A stretch of DNA of 64,000 nucleotides from a phage. The position numbers and the translations under genes were made by a program. Positions 44,652-54,277 of this stretch are shown piece by piece. Under the pieces are notes generated by a model that worked only from the letters and a program-made list of their open reading frames with translations, did not search any database and was not told the DNA's origin. How positions within the stretch are numbered: the stretch's first letter is position 1; every line of letters starts with the position of its first letter. Location of the stretch: sequence record PZ445517.1. One strand, written 5' to 3'.

Positions 44652-46916
44652 TCATAATTTACAGGATGAACAATCTTCAGCTTTTGGAGTTTCTATTTCA
44701 TAATCATCAGTACCAGAACCATCGCGGGTATTATGATAATAGAAATTTTTTCCGCCAAAATACCAAAAATACAAAAGGTCATCAATCATTACAGACATTG
44801 GAACCTTTCCTTTTGGAAAAATCTGCGGGTCATAATATGTATTCGCTGAAGCTGATTGACATACCCATTTAAGCATAATAGCTACCTGCGTAAGATAAGG
44901 TTTATTACCTTTCTTAGCTAATTTCCATGTATAATCATAGAGGTCTATGTTATGTTCAATATTGGGCACGACTTGATTAAAGGAACCCTCTTTTGATTCT
45001 TTAACCGAGACTGGTCCACGTGGAGGCTCGATACCGTTTGTACTGTTAGAAACTTGGGAAGATGACTCACATGGCATAAGTGCTGATAATGTGCTATTAC
45101 GGATGCCAAAGAGCTTAAGGTCTTCCCGCAGCGCCGACCAGTCACAAACGTATTTTGGAGCTGCGATTTGGTCAATCTTTTTATTGTACCAGTCGATAGG
45201 TAATTCGCCTCGAGACCAACGAGTGTCTGAATAATATTCGCAAGGTCCTTTTTCTTTGGCGAGCTTAATGGATGCTTTAATGAGTCCATACTGTAATCTC
45301 TCAAATAGTTCATGTGTTAAATCGTTAGCATCTTCATAAGAAGCAAAGTTACTTGCCAGCCAAGCTGCATAGTTAGTAACACCTACGCCAAGGTTTCGAC
45401 GCTTTTTAGCTTTTTCTGCTTCAGGAACTGGATATCCTTGGTAATCCAAAAGATTATCAAGAGCGCGAACTTGAACTTCTGCTAATTCATTAATTTTATC
45501 TTGGTCTTGCCAATCGAAGTTATCCAACACAAATGCAGATAACGTGCACAATCCAATTTCAGCATCAGGACTATTCACATCATTTGTTGGAATAGCAATT
45601 TCACAACACAAGTTACTCTGACGAATAGGTGCCTTTTCACGAATAAACGGAGTATAGTTATTCGTATTATCAATGAACTGTACATAAATCCTTGCTGTTC
45701 CTGATCGTTCAGTCATGAGCAATTCAAACAGTTCACGGGCTTTAATACGCTTTTTACGAATATTAGGGTCTTTTTCTGCAGCTTCGTACAATTCACGGAA
45801 TCGGTCTTGGTCTTTAAAATAAGAATAATAAAGTTCGCCACCCATTTCATGCGGACTAAACAAAGTAATGTAGTCGTTCTTTCCAAAACGTTCCATCATT
45901 AGGTCATTCAGCTGAACACCATAATCCATATGACGGATACGGTTTTCTTCTACACCTTTGTTATTTTTCAAAACGAGAAGATTTTCAACTTCCAAATGCC
46001 AAATAGGATAATAAGCAGTAGCAGCGCCGCCACGAATTCCGCCCTGTGAACATGATTTAACAGCAGTCTGAAAATGTTTCCAAAAAGGAATAACACCAGT
46101 ATGACGCACTTCACCTGTGCCAATCTTAGAACCTTCAGCACGAATCATACCAACGTTAATGCCGATTCCAGCTCGTTTAGAAATATACTCAACAATTGAA
46201 GCAGAAGCCTTATTGATAGACTTCAGCGAATCGCCTGCCTCAATAACAACGCATGAACTAAACTGCCGAGTTGGAGTACGACAACCAGCCATAATAGGAG
46301 TTGGCAATGAAATCTGTCGAGTAGATACTGCTTCATAAAAACGAATAACATGTTTTAATCTGTCAACAGGTTCATCTTGATGCAATGCCATTCCAATAGT
46401 CATAAATGCAAACTGTGGAGTTTCATAAATTTGACCAGTGGTTTTATCTTTAACTAGATATTTTTCTTTTAATTGCATCGCTCCGGAATAAGTAAATTCC
46501 ATATCCCGCTCATGCTTAATTTTTGATTCTAAAAATGTAATTTCTTCTGCTGAATATTTTGACAACAGTTCAGGGTCGTATTTACCTTCATTTACACAGT
46601 AAGAAATATGGTCAATAAATGAACGGGGCTCATACTGCCCGTAAACATGCTTACGAAGAGCAAACATTAAACAGCGTGCAGCTACATATTGATAATCAGG
46701 CTCTTCAACTGAAATAGAATTCGCAGCAGCCTTAATGACAATAGTCTGAATGTCATCAGTTGTCATTCCATCACGGAGATATGATTTAATATTTTCATAT
46801 AATTCATAAGGATCTACAGATGTTCCTTCAGCTGCCCAAGATAAAACTTTAATAATTTTTTGCGGGTCAAAGCTTTGAGAAACACCACTACTTTTGATAA
46901 CATTAATTAATTGCAT
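44652..46916 (-). CDS. nrdA: aerobic ribonucleotide reductase large subunit (R1)
   Basis: 754-aa ORF; catalytic NLCCEIA segment, C-terminal Cys pair (CSSCKL); same length as T4 NrdA. Confidence 0.95.
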   Translation of the reverse strand: MQLINVIKSSGVSQSFDPQKIIKVLSWAAEGTSVDPYELYENIKSYLRDGMTTDDIQTIVIKAAANSISVEEPDYQYVAARCLMFALRKHVYGQYEPRSFIDHISYCVNEGKYDPELLSKYSAEEITFLESKIKHERDMEFTYSGAMQLKEKYLVKDKTTGQIYETPQFAFMTIGMALHQDEPVDRLKHVIRFYEAVSTRQISLPTPIMAGCRTPTRQFSSCVVIEAGDSLKSINKASASIVEYISKRAGIGINVGMIRAEGSKIGTGEVRHTGVIPFWKHFQTAVKSCSQGGIRGGAATAYYPIWHLEVENLLVLKNNKGVEENRIRHMDYGVQLNDLMMERFGKNDYITLFSPHEMGGELYYSYFKDQDRFRELYEAAEKDPNIRKKRIKARELFELLMTERSGTARIYVQFIDNTNNYTPFIREKAPIRQSNLCCEIAIPTNDVNSPDAEIGLCTLSAFVLDNFDWQDQDKINELAEVQVRALDNLLDYQGYPVPEAEKAKKRRNLGVGVTNYAAWLASNFASYEDANDLTHELFERLQYGLIKASIKLAKEKGPCEYYSDTRWSRGELPIDWYNKKIDQIAAPKYVCDWSALREDLKLFGIRNSTLSALMPCESSSQVSNSTNGIEPPRGPVSVKESKEGSFNQVVPNIEHNIDLYDYTWKLAKKGNKPYLTQVAIMLKWVCQSASANTYYDPQIFPKGKVPMSVMIDDLLYFWYFGGKNFYYHNTRDGSGTDDYEIETPKAEDCSSCKL

Positions 46917-47233
46917 AAGTCCTCAACTTGAAAATCGTCTTTAAACAATCGGTTAACTATATGAGCTATTATATCACCATGACACGGCTTTGGTTTACAT
47001 GTGCATCCTAGCCTCATTCCACGTAAAGGCTCTAAATGTGCTTTAGTTATTTCTCCGGATTTAATTCGACGTATAAAATCTTTTTTGAATAATTCAATGG
47101 CAGCCTCCCGGCTGCCAGCATCTTTACCGACGTAATTTCCCCAAAATGTACCACGGTGAATATTAACATCAAAGTCGGATTTATATTTATTCATTACCTG
47201 GCATAGACGGCCCGCGCGGTGATAATTCGTCAT
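46907..47233 (-). CDS. DUF4326-like small protein
   Basis: 108-aa ORF with WGN and C-x-C-x-P-x-P-C-H-x-D signature ([12 protein letters not shown]). Confidence 0.65.
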   Translation of the reverse strand: MTNYHRAGRLCQVMNKYKSDFDVNIHRGTFWGNYVGKDAGSREAAIELFKKDFIRRIKSGEITKAHLEPLRGMRLGCTCKPKPCHGDIIAHIVNRLFKDDFQVEDLCN

Positions 47234-47462
47234 ATTGTTTTTCCGTTAAAACAGTAATATCATAGTAACAATCTGAAGAAGTTTTAACTGTAGAAATTTT
47301 ATTATCAAAATACTCACGAGTCATTTTATGAGTATAATATTTTTTGCCATAAATGATAATAGGCTGATTTGGTCCTGGAACTTCTAACTCACTTGGGTTA
47401 GGAAGTGTAAAAAGAACTACACCAGAAGTATCTTTAAATCGTAAAATCATATATCCTCGCAA
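47187..47462 (-). CDS. hypothetical protein
   Basis: 91-aa ORF between td and nrdA. Confidence 0.55.
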   Translation of the reverse strand: MRGYMILRFKDTSGVVLFTLPNPSELEVPGPNQPIIIYGKKYYTHKMTREYFDNKISTVKTSSDCYYDITVLTEKQYDELSPRGPSMPGNE

Positions 47463-47468
47463 TTAAAA

Positions 47469-48329
47469 TTACACCGCCATTTTTCCTTTCAAGACACCAT
47501 GGGACTGATAATCTTTAAGAACGAAATCTCGCGATGTCATATATTCAGTTAACCAATACATTTGAGTTTCAGTATCGCATTGGCTGAATCCATTAGGCCA
47601 ATTAATACTGAGTTTGCACAGGTCCATAGGAGTTCTATTTAATATCTCTTTGCATTGCTCAATATGGTTAGAATAAATGTGTGTATTGCCACCCGAAAAT
47701 ACCAAATCGCCTGGAACTAGTTCACACATGTCAGCAACAATATGTAAGAGAGCAGCATAGCTCGCGATGTTAAATGGAAGACCGAGGAAAACATCTACCG
47801 AGCGTTGATACCATTGGAGGTCAAGGTATCCGTTACGAACATTAAACTGATAGAACATGTGACAAGGCGGTAATGCCATTTGCTTGAGTTCAGCTGGATT
47901 CCACGCCGACACAATTTGTCGCCTATCGTTTGGAAATGTTTTAATACGATTAACAACTTCTACAATTTGGTCTACACCGCCAAAATCACGCCATTGTTTT
48001 CCGTAAATTGGACCAAGTTCACCACTATGATAACCTAGGTCTTTGGCCTGATTTTCGTAGTTTTCATCCCAAATCGTTTTTCCAGCAATTAAGGATCCAT
48101 GAGTACGTTTACGTAGATCATTTACGTTAGTACTTCCTGATAAGAACCACAATAACTCAGAAATACACGCATTCCAGGCGAGCTTCTTAGTTGTTACTGC
48201 AGGAAAACCTTTACTTAAATCCCAGCGTAATTTAGTACCGAACAAAGCAATTGTTCCTGTGCCCGTTCGGTCATCGGTTTCATAGCCATTTTCAAAAATG
48301 TCTTTAATTAAATCTTGGTATTGTTTCAT
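47469..48329 (-). CDS. td: thymidylate synthase, uninterrupted (no group I intron)
   Basis: 286-aa continuous ORF, N-terminus MKQYQDLIKDIFENGYETDDRTGTGT, active-site region ALPPCHMFYQF. Confidence 0.95.
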   Translation of the reverse strand: MKQYQDLIKDIFENGYETDDRTGTGTIALFGTKLRWDLSKGFPAVTTKKLAWNACISELLWFLSGSTNVNDLRKRTHGSLIAGKTIWDENYENQAKDLGYHSGELGPIYGKQWRDFGGVDQIVEVVNRIKTFPNDRRQIVSAWNPAELKQMALPPCHMFYQFNVRNGYLDLQWYQRSVDVFLGLPFNIASYAALLHIVADMCELVPGDLVFSGGNTHIYSNHIEQCKEILNRTPMDLCKLSINWPNGFSQCDTETQMYWLTEYMTSRDFVLKDYQSHGVLKGKMAV

Positions 48330-48374
48330 TTAGTACCTTATATAAATTATAATACATTTTATGAAGCTAAATAA

Positions 48375-48722
48375 TCAATACGGTTTAGCATCAAATTTTC
48401 TCTCAATTTCAGGCGTGAAATATAATTCTTTACCGCGTTTGGAAAAGCGACCAATAATATGATAATTATTCTCATCAAACGTGATATTACCAATATCCAT
48501 AGCTTTCAACCAAATATCGATATTTCTATCCAACTTTATGTCAAAATTCCAATACGGAGAACTATTACCGAAAATACTGCAAGCGGATTCAGTAAAACAA
48601 CTACTATAAATCTTATCTTTAGGAACTACTAATTGATAGACACCTTTAATAAACTGAGGACCCTGCCATTTTGGTTGTTTCGTGTCTTTTTCTAATAGAA
48701 TAGGGTAATAATTAAAATTCAT
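48375..48722 (-). CDS. hypothetical protein inserted between frd and td
   Basis: 115-aa ORF occupying a ~410-bp spacer where, as I recall, T4 frd and td overlap. Confidence 0.6.
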   Translation of the reverse strand: MNFNYYPILLEKDTKQPKWQGPQFIKGVYQLVVPKDKIYSSCFTESACSIFGNSSPYWNFDIKLDRNIDIWLKAMDIGNITFDENNYHIIGRFSKRGKELYFTPEIERKFDAKPY

Positions 48723-48741
48723 ATTTCCGCCACGCGTTATT

Positions 48742-49568
<827 letters not shown>

Positions 49569-49579
49569 ATTATCTCCTA

Positions 49580-49912
49580 TTAAAAAGGATCAGGAACATA
49601 TCCGCTAGCTTTAATCATTTTAATTAACGTTAACATTCCTTTGTTAACTGCTCGTGAGATTTCATCAAAAACTTCATCACTAAAAAGTTCTAACACGCCC
49701 TTCTGAACTTTTAATTTACAGCCAACAATTTCTTCATCGCCTATAGTAAATTCATTACCACCAATTCCACCGAAAAACTTAATTACACCAGTTAACTGTC
49801 TTCCACGAGAATATGGGTCGTGTGATAAAGTAATATGAGTCACCCCGGGTACAGTTTTAAATTGGCAGCGAATATTTACTTGTGAAATTCCAGTTACATG
49901 AATGTCAGACAT
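49580..49912 (-). CDS. hypothetical protein (frd-32 interval)
   Basis: 110-aa ORF. Confidence 0.6.
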   Translation of the reverse strand: MSDIHVTGISQVNIRCQFKTVPGVTHITLSHDPYSRGRQLTGVIKFFGGIGGNEFTIGDEEIVGCKLKVQKGVLELFSDEVFDEISRAVNKGMLTLIKMIKASGYVPDPF

Positions 49913-49922
49913 AATATTTTCC

Positions 49923-50165
49923 TCAGATAGACTTTTTCACAATTTTCCAATCAGCTTTAAACTGATCGACGTCAGAGTGATAAATCCAAAATCCTGCGCT
50001 TTCACCGTCTTCATAAAGCGGACACCCATCACATTCATCTTCCCATCCCATGCCACGTAAAAGGTGTTCAGCTTTTTCAACAAGTTCAGAATCTTTACCG
50101 ATGATATTAAAATACCATTTACCTCTAACTTCCGAATCTTTGATGCTCTGACGTTGTAATCTCAT
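49923..50165 (-). CDS. hypothetical protein (frd-32 interval)
   Basis: 80-aa ORF. Confidence 0.55.
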   Translation of the reverse strand: MRLQRQSIKDSEVRGKWYFNIIGKDSELVEKAEHLLRGMGWEDECDGCPLYEDGESAGFWIYHSDVDQFKADWKIVKKSI

Positions 50166-50220
50166 TTTATTCTCCTCAAGTTGATAAGGCTATAGTATCA
50201 TTACCATAGCCCGTTGTAAA

Positions 50221-50586
50221 CTACTTTTTGAAAGTTTTTCGCAAAAGTTCAATAATTTCATCTACATTGTTTTCGTCAACAATGCAGTGAATTTTCGTTA
50301 CGCCGGAAACCTTGTCTTCGACTTCATCTTCTTCAGAAGTCGGTTCTTTATACTCACGAAAACAATGAAATTCGTCTTCACAAACGTTAAAGTAAAAATG
50401 CTTTCCATTTGCGCATTCAATGTGTTTTATTACTCTAAATCCATCAGCAGAGAAAGCTTCTTTAACTTCAAACCATCCGCCATTTTCTTGAATAATTTTA
50501 ACTATTGCTGAATTAGAACGTGGGCGATAATTAATAAATGTATCAATAAGTCTTGGAACAAGTTCATACTTTTTACCGATATACAT
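50221..50586 (-). CDS. hypothetical protein (frd-32 interval)
   Basis: 121-aa ORF. Confidence 0.55.
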   Translation of the reverse strand: MYIGKKYELVPRLIDTFINYRPRSNSAIVKIIQENGGWFEVKEAFSADGFRVIKHIECANGKHFYFNVCEDEFHCFREYKEPTSEEDEVEDKVSGVTKIHCIVDENNVDEIIELLRKTFKK

Positions 50587-50607
50587 TTTCTTTTCTTCAT
50601 TTTAATA

Positions 50608-50623
50608 GGGGCTTGATAGCCCC
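50608..50623 (-). terminator. hairpin in the frd-32 interval (GGGGCT-tgat-AGCCCC)
   Basis: 6-bp GC stem between two small minus-strand ORFs. Confidence 0.4.
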
Positions 50624-50630
50624 TTGATAA

Positions 50631-50858
50631 TTACTGTTCAATAAATCCTGTGTAAAATTCTACATCTTCAGCATCCATACCGTCGCAGTATTCATTAACC
50701 ATAAACTGTTTAAGACGATCTAAAGGACCTTCAATAACAACTGAAACATTACAATTAGGATCATCTAATGCGCTTATGATACTAAGTTCAGGATAACGAT
50801 TACGAATAATTTCTTCAATATATTCAAAATCAACAACATCAATATCAATTTTAGCCAT
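50631..50858 (-). CDS. hypothetical small acidic protein (frd-32 interval)
   Basis: 75-aa ORF. Confidence 0.55.
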   Translation of the reverse strand: MAKIDIDVVDFEYIEEIIRNRYPELSIISALDDPNCNVSVVIEGPLDRLKQFMVNEYCDGMDAEDVEFYTGFIEQ

Positions 50859-50962
50859 ATTATTTTCCTCTTTAATTATCAGCAGTATTGCCGATAGTTG
50901 TATAGTACCACAGTATGCTTTGGTTGTAAACCGTTTTGTGAAAAAAATTTTGAAATAAAAAA

Positions 50963-50981
50963 GGGGACCCTAGAGGTCCCC
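50963..50981 (-). terminator. rho-independent terminator after gene 32
   Basis: GGGGACC-ctaga-GGTCCCC about 22 nt after the gene 32 stop, followed on the minus strand by a long T-run. Confidence 0.7.
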
Positions 50982-51003
50982 AATTAATTAGTAATATAAT
51001 CTG

Positions 51004-51912
51004 TTAAAGGTCATTCAAAAGGTCATCCAGGTCCGTGTCATCAGCACTAGATGAACTGCCAGAGCTTGAGCTCATAAAATCATCTTCAGTTTTTGTATTG
51101 AAGTCATCAACATTGAATGCATCCAAATCATCAGCAACTTTATCAGCTTTCTTAGCAGCAGTCGCTGCGGCACCGCCCATCACAGCAGTTCCCATAACTT
51201 GACCGAATTTAGTATTCAGTTCTTCAAATGATTTGAATTTATCTTTAGAAGTCATTTCAGAAAGGTCAACCATTTGTTCGAACAGTTCTTTCTGGAAAGA
51301 TTCATCATCAATGTTTGGAATCGCAGATTGATTCAGGAATTTAGATTCGTCGTAGTTACTAAATCCAGAAACCTGTTTAACTTTCAGTACAAAGTTAGCA
51401 CCTTCCCACGGACAAGTTACATCAACCGGGGTTTCACCCATTTCAACATCAACCGCAATCATCGCGTTGATTTTATCCCAGATTTTCTTACCGAAACGAT
51501 ATTTAAATACTTTACCTTCATTTTCTGGAGCAGCTGGGTCTTTTACAACAAGAATGTTAGCCCAGTAAGAAGTTTTACGTTTAACAAGACTGTACTCTTT
51601 ATTGTCAGTGTTGTACAGATCATTTTTACTAATGTATTGACATACTGGGCAAGAATCGTAATCACCGTGGGTAGATGAACAATTTTCGATATACCATTTA
51701 CCATTTTTCTTGAAACCGTGATTTACAAGAATTGCGAATGGTGCTTGTTCATCATTTTTAGACGGAAGAAAACGAATTACTGCTTGACCGTTACCCGCAT
51801 TGTCGAGTTTCAGTTTCCACTCGCCTTTATCTTCAGAAGAAAAACCACCTTTATTTCCAGCCAGTTTAGCCATTTGTGCAGCGAGTTCAGCAGTAGATTT
51901 ACGTTTAAACAT
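51004..51912 (-). CDS. 32: single-stranded DNA-binding protein gp32
   Basis: 302-aa ORF; zinc-binding segment ([13 protein letters not shown]), acidic Ser/Asp-rich C-terminus; recognised leader/operator upstream. Confidence 0.96.
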   Translation of the reverse strand: MFKRKSTAELAAQMAKLAGNKGGFSSEDKGEWKLKLDNAGNGQAVIRFLPSKNDEQAPFAILVNHGFKKNGKWYIENCSSTHGDYDSCPVCQYISKNDLYNTDNKEYSLVKRKTSYWANILVVKDPAAPENEGKVFKYRFGKKIWDKINAMIAVDVEMGETPVDVTCPWEGANFVLKVKQVSGFSNYDESKFLNQSAIPNIDDESFQKELFEQMVDLSEMTSKDKFKSFEELNTKFGQVMGTAVMGGAAATAAKKADKVADDLDAFNVDDFNTKTEDDFMSSSSGSSSSADDTDLDDLLNDL

Positions 51913-51985
51913 TTTTATTTCCTTTTTAATTTAATTAACAGTTGGTGCTATGACGATGTATGACCTCATAGCTGGTCAGTGAGAT
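51913..51985 (-). promoter_or_regulatory. gene 32 translational operator (AU-rich leader plus upstream pseudoknot)
   Basis: Minus-strand leader GTTAATTAAATTAAAAAGGAAATAAAA-ATG and upstream CTCACTGACCAGCTATGAGGTCATACATCGTCATAGCAC match the T4 gene 32 autoregulatory operator as I recall it. Confidence 0.7.
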
Positions 51986-51995
51986 AATTATAATC

Positions 51996-52003
51996 TATTT
52001 ATA
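51996..52003 (-). promoter_or_regulatory. late promoter (TATAAATA on minus strand) upstream of the gene 32 operator
   Basis: Exact match between gene 59 stop and the gene 32 leader. Confidence 0.5.
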
Positions 52004-52011
52004 ATAAGCAA

Positions 52012-52665
52012 TTAATACTTGCAAGATTTCACAGTTTCAATGAAAACATTTTTAGCTTTCTGCGAATCAATATTTAAAATTTTTCTATAAGCCTTTAACT
52101 TTATAGAATAATTATTCCAGACTAAATTATCAGTCTGTTCATCATGTTTATCAATTATATTTAAAAATGAATCAAGCAAGATAAACGTCTCAAACGAAAT
52201 TATATTCGATTGAAGTAGTTTAAAAATATAGCTTGATTGAACCTTTGGATTATACTCAAAGATTTCTTTAAAAGCAGAAACTTCAACTTTTTTACTAAAA
52301 TAATAAATGTTGCGAATATCTTCTTCAAACTTAAATTTAATTTGTTTTAAGCGTCCGATATATTCACGATAAAACACAAGTGCATCAGCGTCAGAGATGT
52401 CACCAATCCAAGCATCTTGGTTAGCAACAAGATTGCTTATAAAGATTAAAGCAAGTTCCTTTAATTTATATTTTTCTGATAACTTCTGGAAAAAATACTT
52501 ATCCCTTCGCTTTTGATAAGCGGCATCAGACACCCGCATGCACCAATTATACTTAATTACATCATACTTTCCATTCATATGTTGTTTTATCATTAAGTAT
52601 AATTTATAAACTGATTTACCATCAATATATCTTTCACCACCAGCAGGCATGCGGAGTTTAATCAT
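52012..52665 (-). CDS. 59: helicase loader gp59
   Basis: 217-aa ORF, same length as T4 gp59; directly upstream of gene 32 with no intervening ORF. Confidence 0.9.
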   Translation of the reverse strand: MIKLRMPAGGERYIDGKSVYKLYLMIKQHMNGKYDVIKYNWCMRVSDAAYQKRRDKYFFQKLSEKYKLKELALIFISNLVANQDAWIGDISDADALVFYREYIGRLKQIKFKFEEDIRNIYYFSKKVEVSAFKEIFEYNPKVQSSYIFKLLQSNIISFETFILLDSFLNIIDKHDEQTDNLVWNNYSIKLKAYRKILNIDSQKAKNVFIETVKSCKY

Positions 52666-53000
52666 AGTAGAAAATCTAATGTATTAGTTTTTTCACAACG
52701 AACAACAGAAGGACGTAAAAGATTTTCGTCAATAGCTTCTGACTGAATTTTTTCAATTATACCCGAAGGAATAAATTTAGCAAATTGAGTTTCAGGAATA
52801 GAATTTTCTTCTAAGAATGCTGTTGTAGCTTCAAGATAACTCATTCCAAACTCTTCTACCATTTTTTCAATGATAAATCCATTTTCTTGACGATCAAGAA
52901 GCTTTGCAATTTCATCCTTTTCTTTCTTAATTGAAAGTTCTTTTTCTGAAAGACCGGTCTCATCGACCGGACGAATATCATTTAGAGAAAACTGTGTCAT
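52662..53000 (-). CDS. 33: late transcription co-activator gp33
   Basis: About 112 aa from MTQFSLNDIRPV...; synteny. Confidence 0.85.
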   Translation of the reverse strand: MTQFSLNDIRPVDETGLSEKELSIKKEKDEIAKLLDRQENGFIIEKMVEEFGMSYLEATTAFLEENSIPETQFAKFIPSGIIEKIQSEAIDENLLRPSVVRCEKTNTLDFLL

Positions 53001-53247
53001 AAAGTTCAACTACCTCTTCGGTTTCAGCTTCAAACACATCACGGTTATCTTTATGATACAAAGCTAAAAGACGATTAAACATCTTACCATCAACGCCAAG
53101 TTCATCTTTGGCGCGAATTCGAATATCTTTAATCAATTCATTATAACCAGAAATTTTCAGTTTATGATCAGATGCTTCTTTGATAAATTTAGCCAAGTCT
53201 TCGCCATGGATAGCTTCATCAAATTCAACCATTTCTTTTTTAGCCAT
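52978..53247 (-). CDS. dsbA: double-stranded DNA-binding protein DsbA
   Basis: 89-aa ORF overlapping the gene 33 start; synteny. Confidence 0.8.
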   Translation of the reverse strand: MAKKEMVEFDEAIHGEDLAKFIKEASDHKLKISGYNELIKDIRIRAKDELGVDGKMFNRLLALYHKDNRDVFEAETEEVVELYDTVFSK

Positions 53248-53255
53248 TATTCACC

Positions 53256-54173
53256 TCAAAATTCATTAATGCTATTAGTTAATTTAGAAAGACCCGCTTT
53301 TACAAAATATGAATAAATTTTGCCACGCGGTGGTAATTTATATGAATTATAGTAATTCACAATGTTTGAAGCAATATTATCAGGAATATAATCAAAGTCA
53401 ATTAGAACTAAATTTTCTTTATATCGATTATATTCAGATTCAGTGAGAAGCACCTTAGCTTGCTCACGGTCATTAGCAATAGCTTCAACAATAGATGTTT
53501 TCATTGAGGGAGTTCGTTCACCTTCAACTCTGGTAAACCAAAAGTCAGATCGTACTTTAACTGAAGCAACGTTATCCTTTTTATCACCCTTAAGAATTTT
53601 AGTCATACAGTCAATTTCAGCAGAACCGCTTTTAATTTTAACCCATTTCTTATGCATCGGTGACCATTGCTTAACATTTGGATACTTGTGAAGTTGAGTA
53701 AAGTCACCATCCGATGAAATGATTAAAATCTTGTGTCCTTCTAAAGAGAACTTTTTAACAAGAACAGCAATGTGGTCATCTGCTTCATACTTATCAATAT
53801 CCATAACAATGTATGGCATATAAGCTTTCAATTCATCTATGACTTTATGGCTGGATTCAAAATAACCTTCCCAGTCCCAAGTAGATTCTTCTCGTGCTTT
53901 TCCGCGGTTTTTCTTATAATAATAAGCAAAATCACGACGCCAGTATCCGGATTTTGCGTTATCGATACACAGTACAATTTTAGTGTATCCAAGAGTTTTT
54001 GCTTTTTTGACATTAAACTTAATTGAGTTCAATATCAAATGACGAACCATTGATAAGTTAATTTTTTCTTTATCTGGAAAGTTTACTAGAGCAGTTGAAA
54101 GCGCAATTTGACTAAAGTCAATTAAGCAAATTCCTTCTTTGTAATCTTCATCCAGCATCATTTCTAAATCCAT
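53256..54173 (-). CDS. rnh: RNase H / 5'-3' flap exonuclease
   Basis: About 305 aa from MDLEMMLDEDYKEG...; FEN-family acidic clusters; early-promoter-like element upstream. Confidence 0.9.
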   Translation of the reverse strand: MDLEMMLDEDYKEGICLIDFSQIALSTALVNFPDKEKINLSMVRHLILNSIKFNVKKAKTLGYTKIVLCIDNAKSGYWRRDFAYYYKKNRGKAREESTWDWEGYFESSHKVIDELKAYMPYIVMDIDKYEADDHIAVLVKKFSLEGHKILIISSDGDFTQLHKYPNVKQWSPMHKKWVKIKSGSAEIDCMTKILKGDKKDNVASVKVRSDFWFTRVEGERTPSMKTSIVEAIANDREQAKVLLTESEYNRYKENLVLIDFDYIPDNIASNIVNYYNSYKLPPRGKIYSYFVKAGLSKLTNSINEF

Positions 54174-54202
54174 ATGAACCTCGTTCAATTAGTGAGATTT
54201 CT

Positions 54203-54232
54203 ATTATATACTATCCAAATCTTAAAGTAAAC
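54203..54232 (-). promoter_or_regulatory. early-promoter-like element upstream of rnh
   Basis: Minus strand GTTTAC, 18-nt spacer, TATAAT in the rnh/gene 34 divergent spacer. Confidence 0.45.
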
Positions 54233-54235
54233 AAG

Positions 54236-54243
54236 TATAAATA
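54236..54243 (+). promoter_or_regulatory. late promoter (TATAAATA) for gene 34
   Basis: Exact TATAAATA about 35 nt upstream of the gene 34 ATG. Confidence 0.6.
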
Positions 54244-54277
54244 CTTATTATTGAAAACACAATAGGAGCCCGGGAGA

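Noticed and set aside
42603-48329. Looked for group I introns or inteins in nrdB, nrdA and td
   Set aside because: All three are single continuous ORFs of canonical length (392, 754, 286 aa); no intron-sized or intein-sized insertion is present.
51274-51963. Plus-strand ORFs of 134 and 81 aa over gene 32
   Set aside because: Antisense to gene 32 and its operator; composition-driven.
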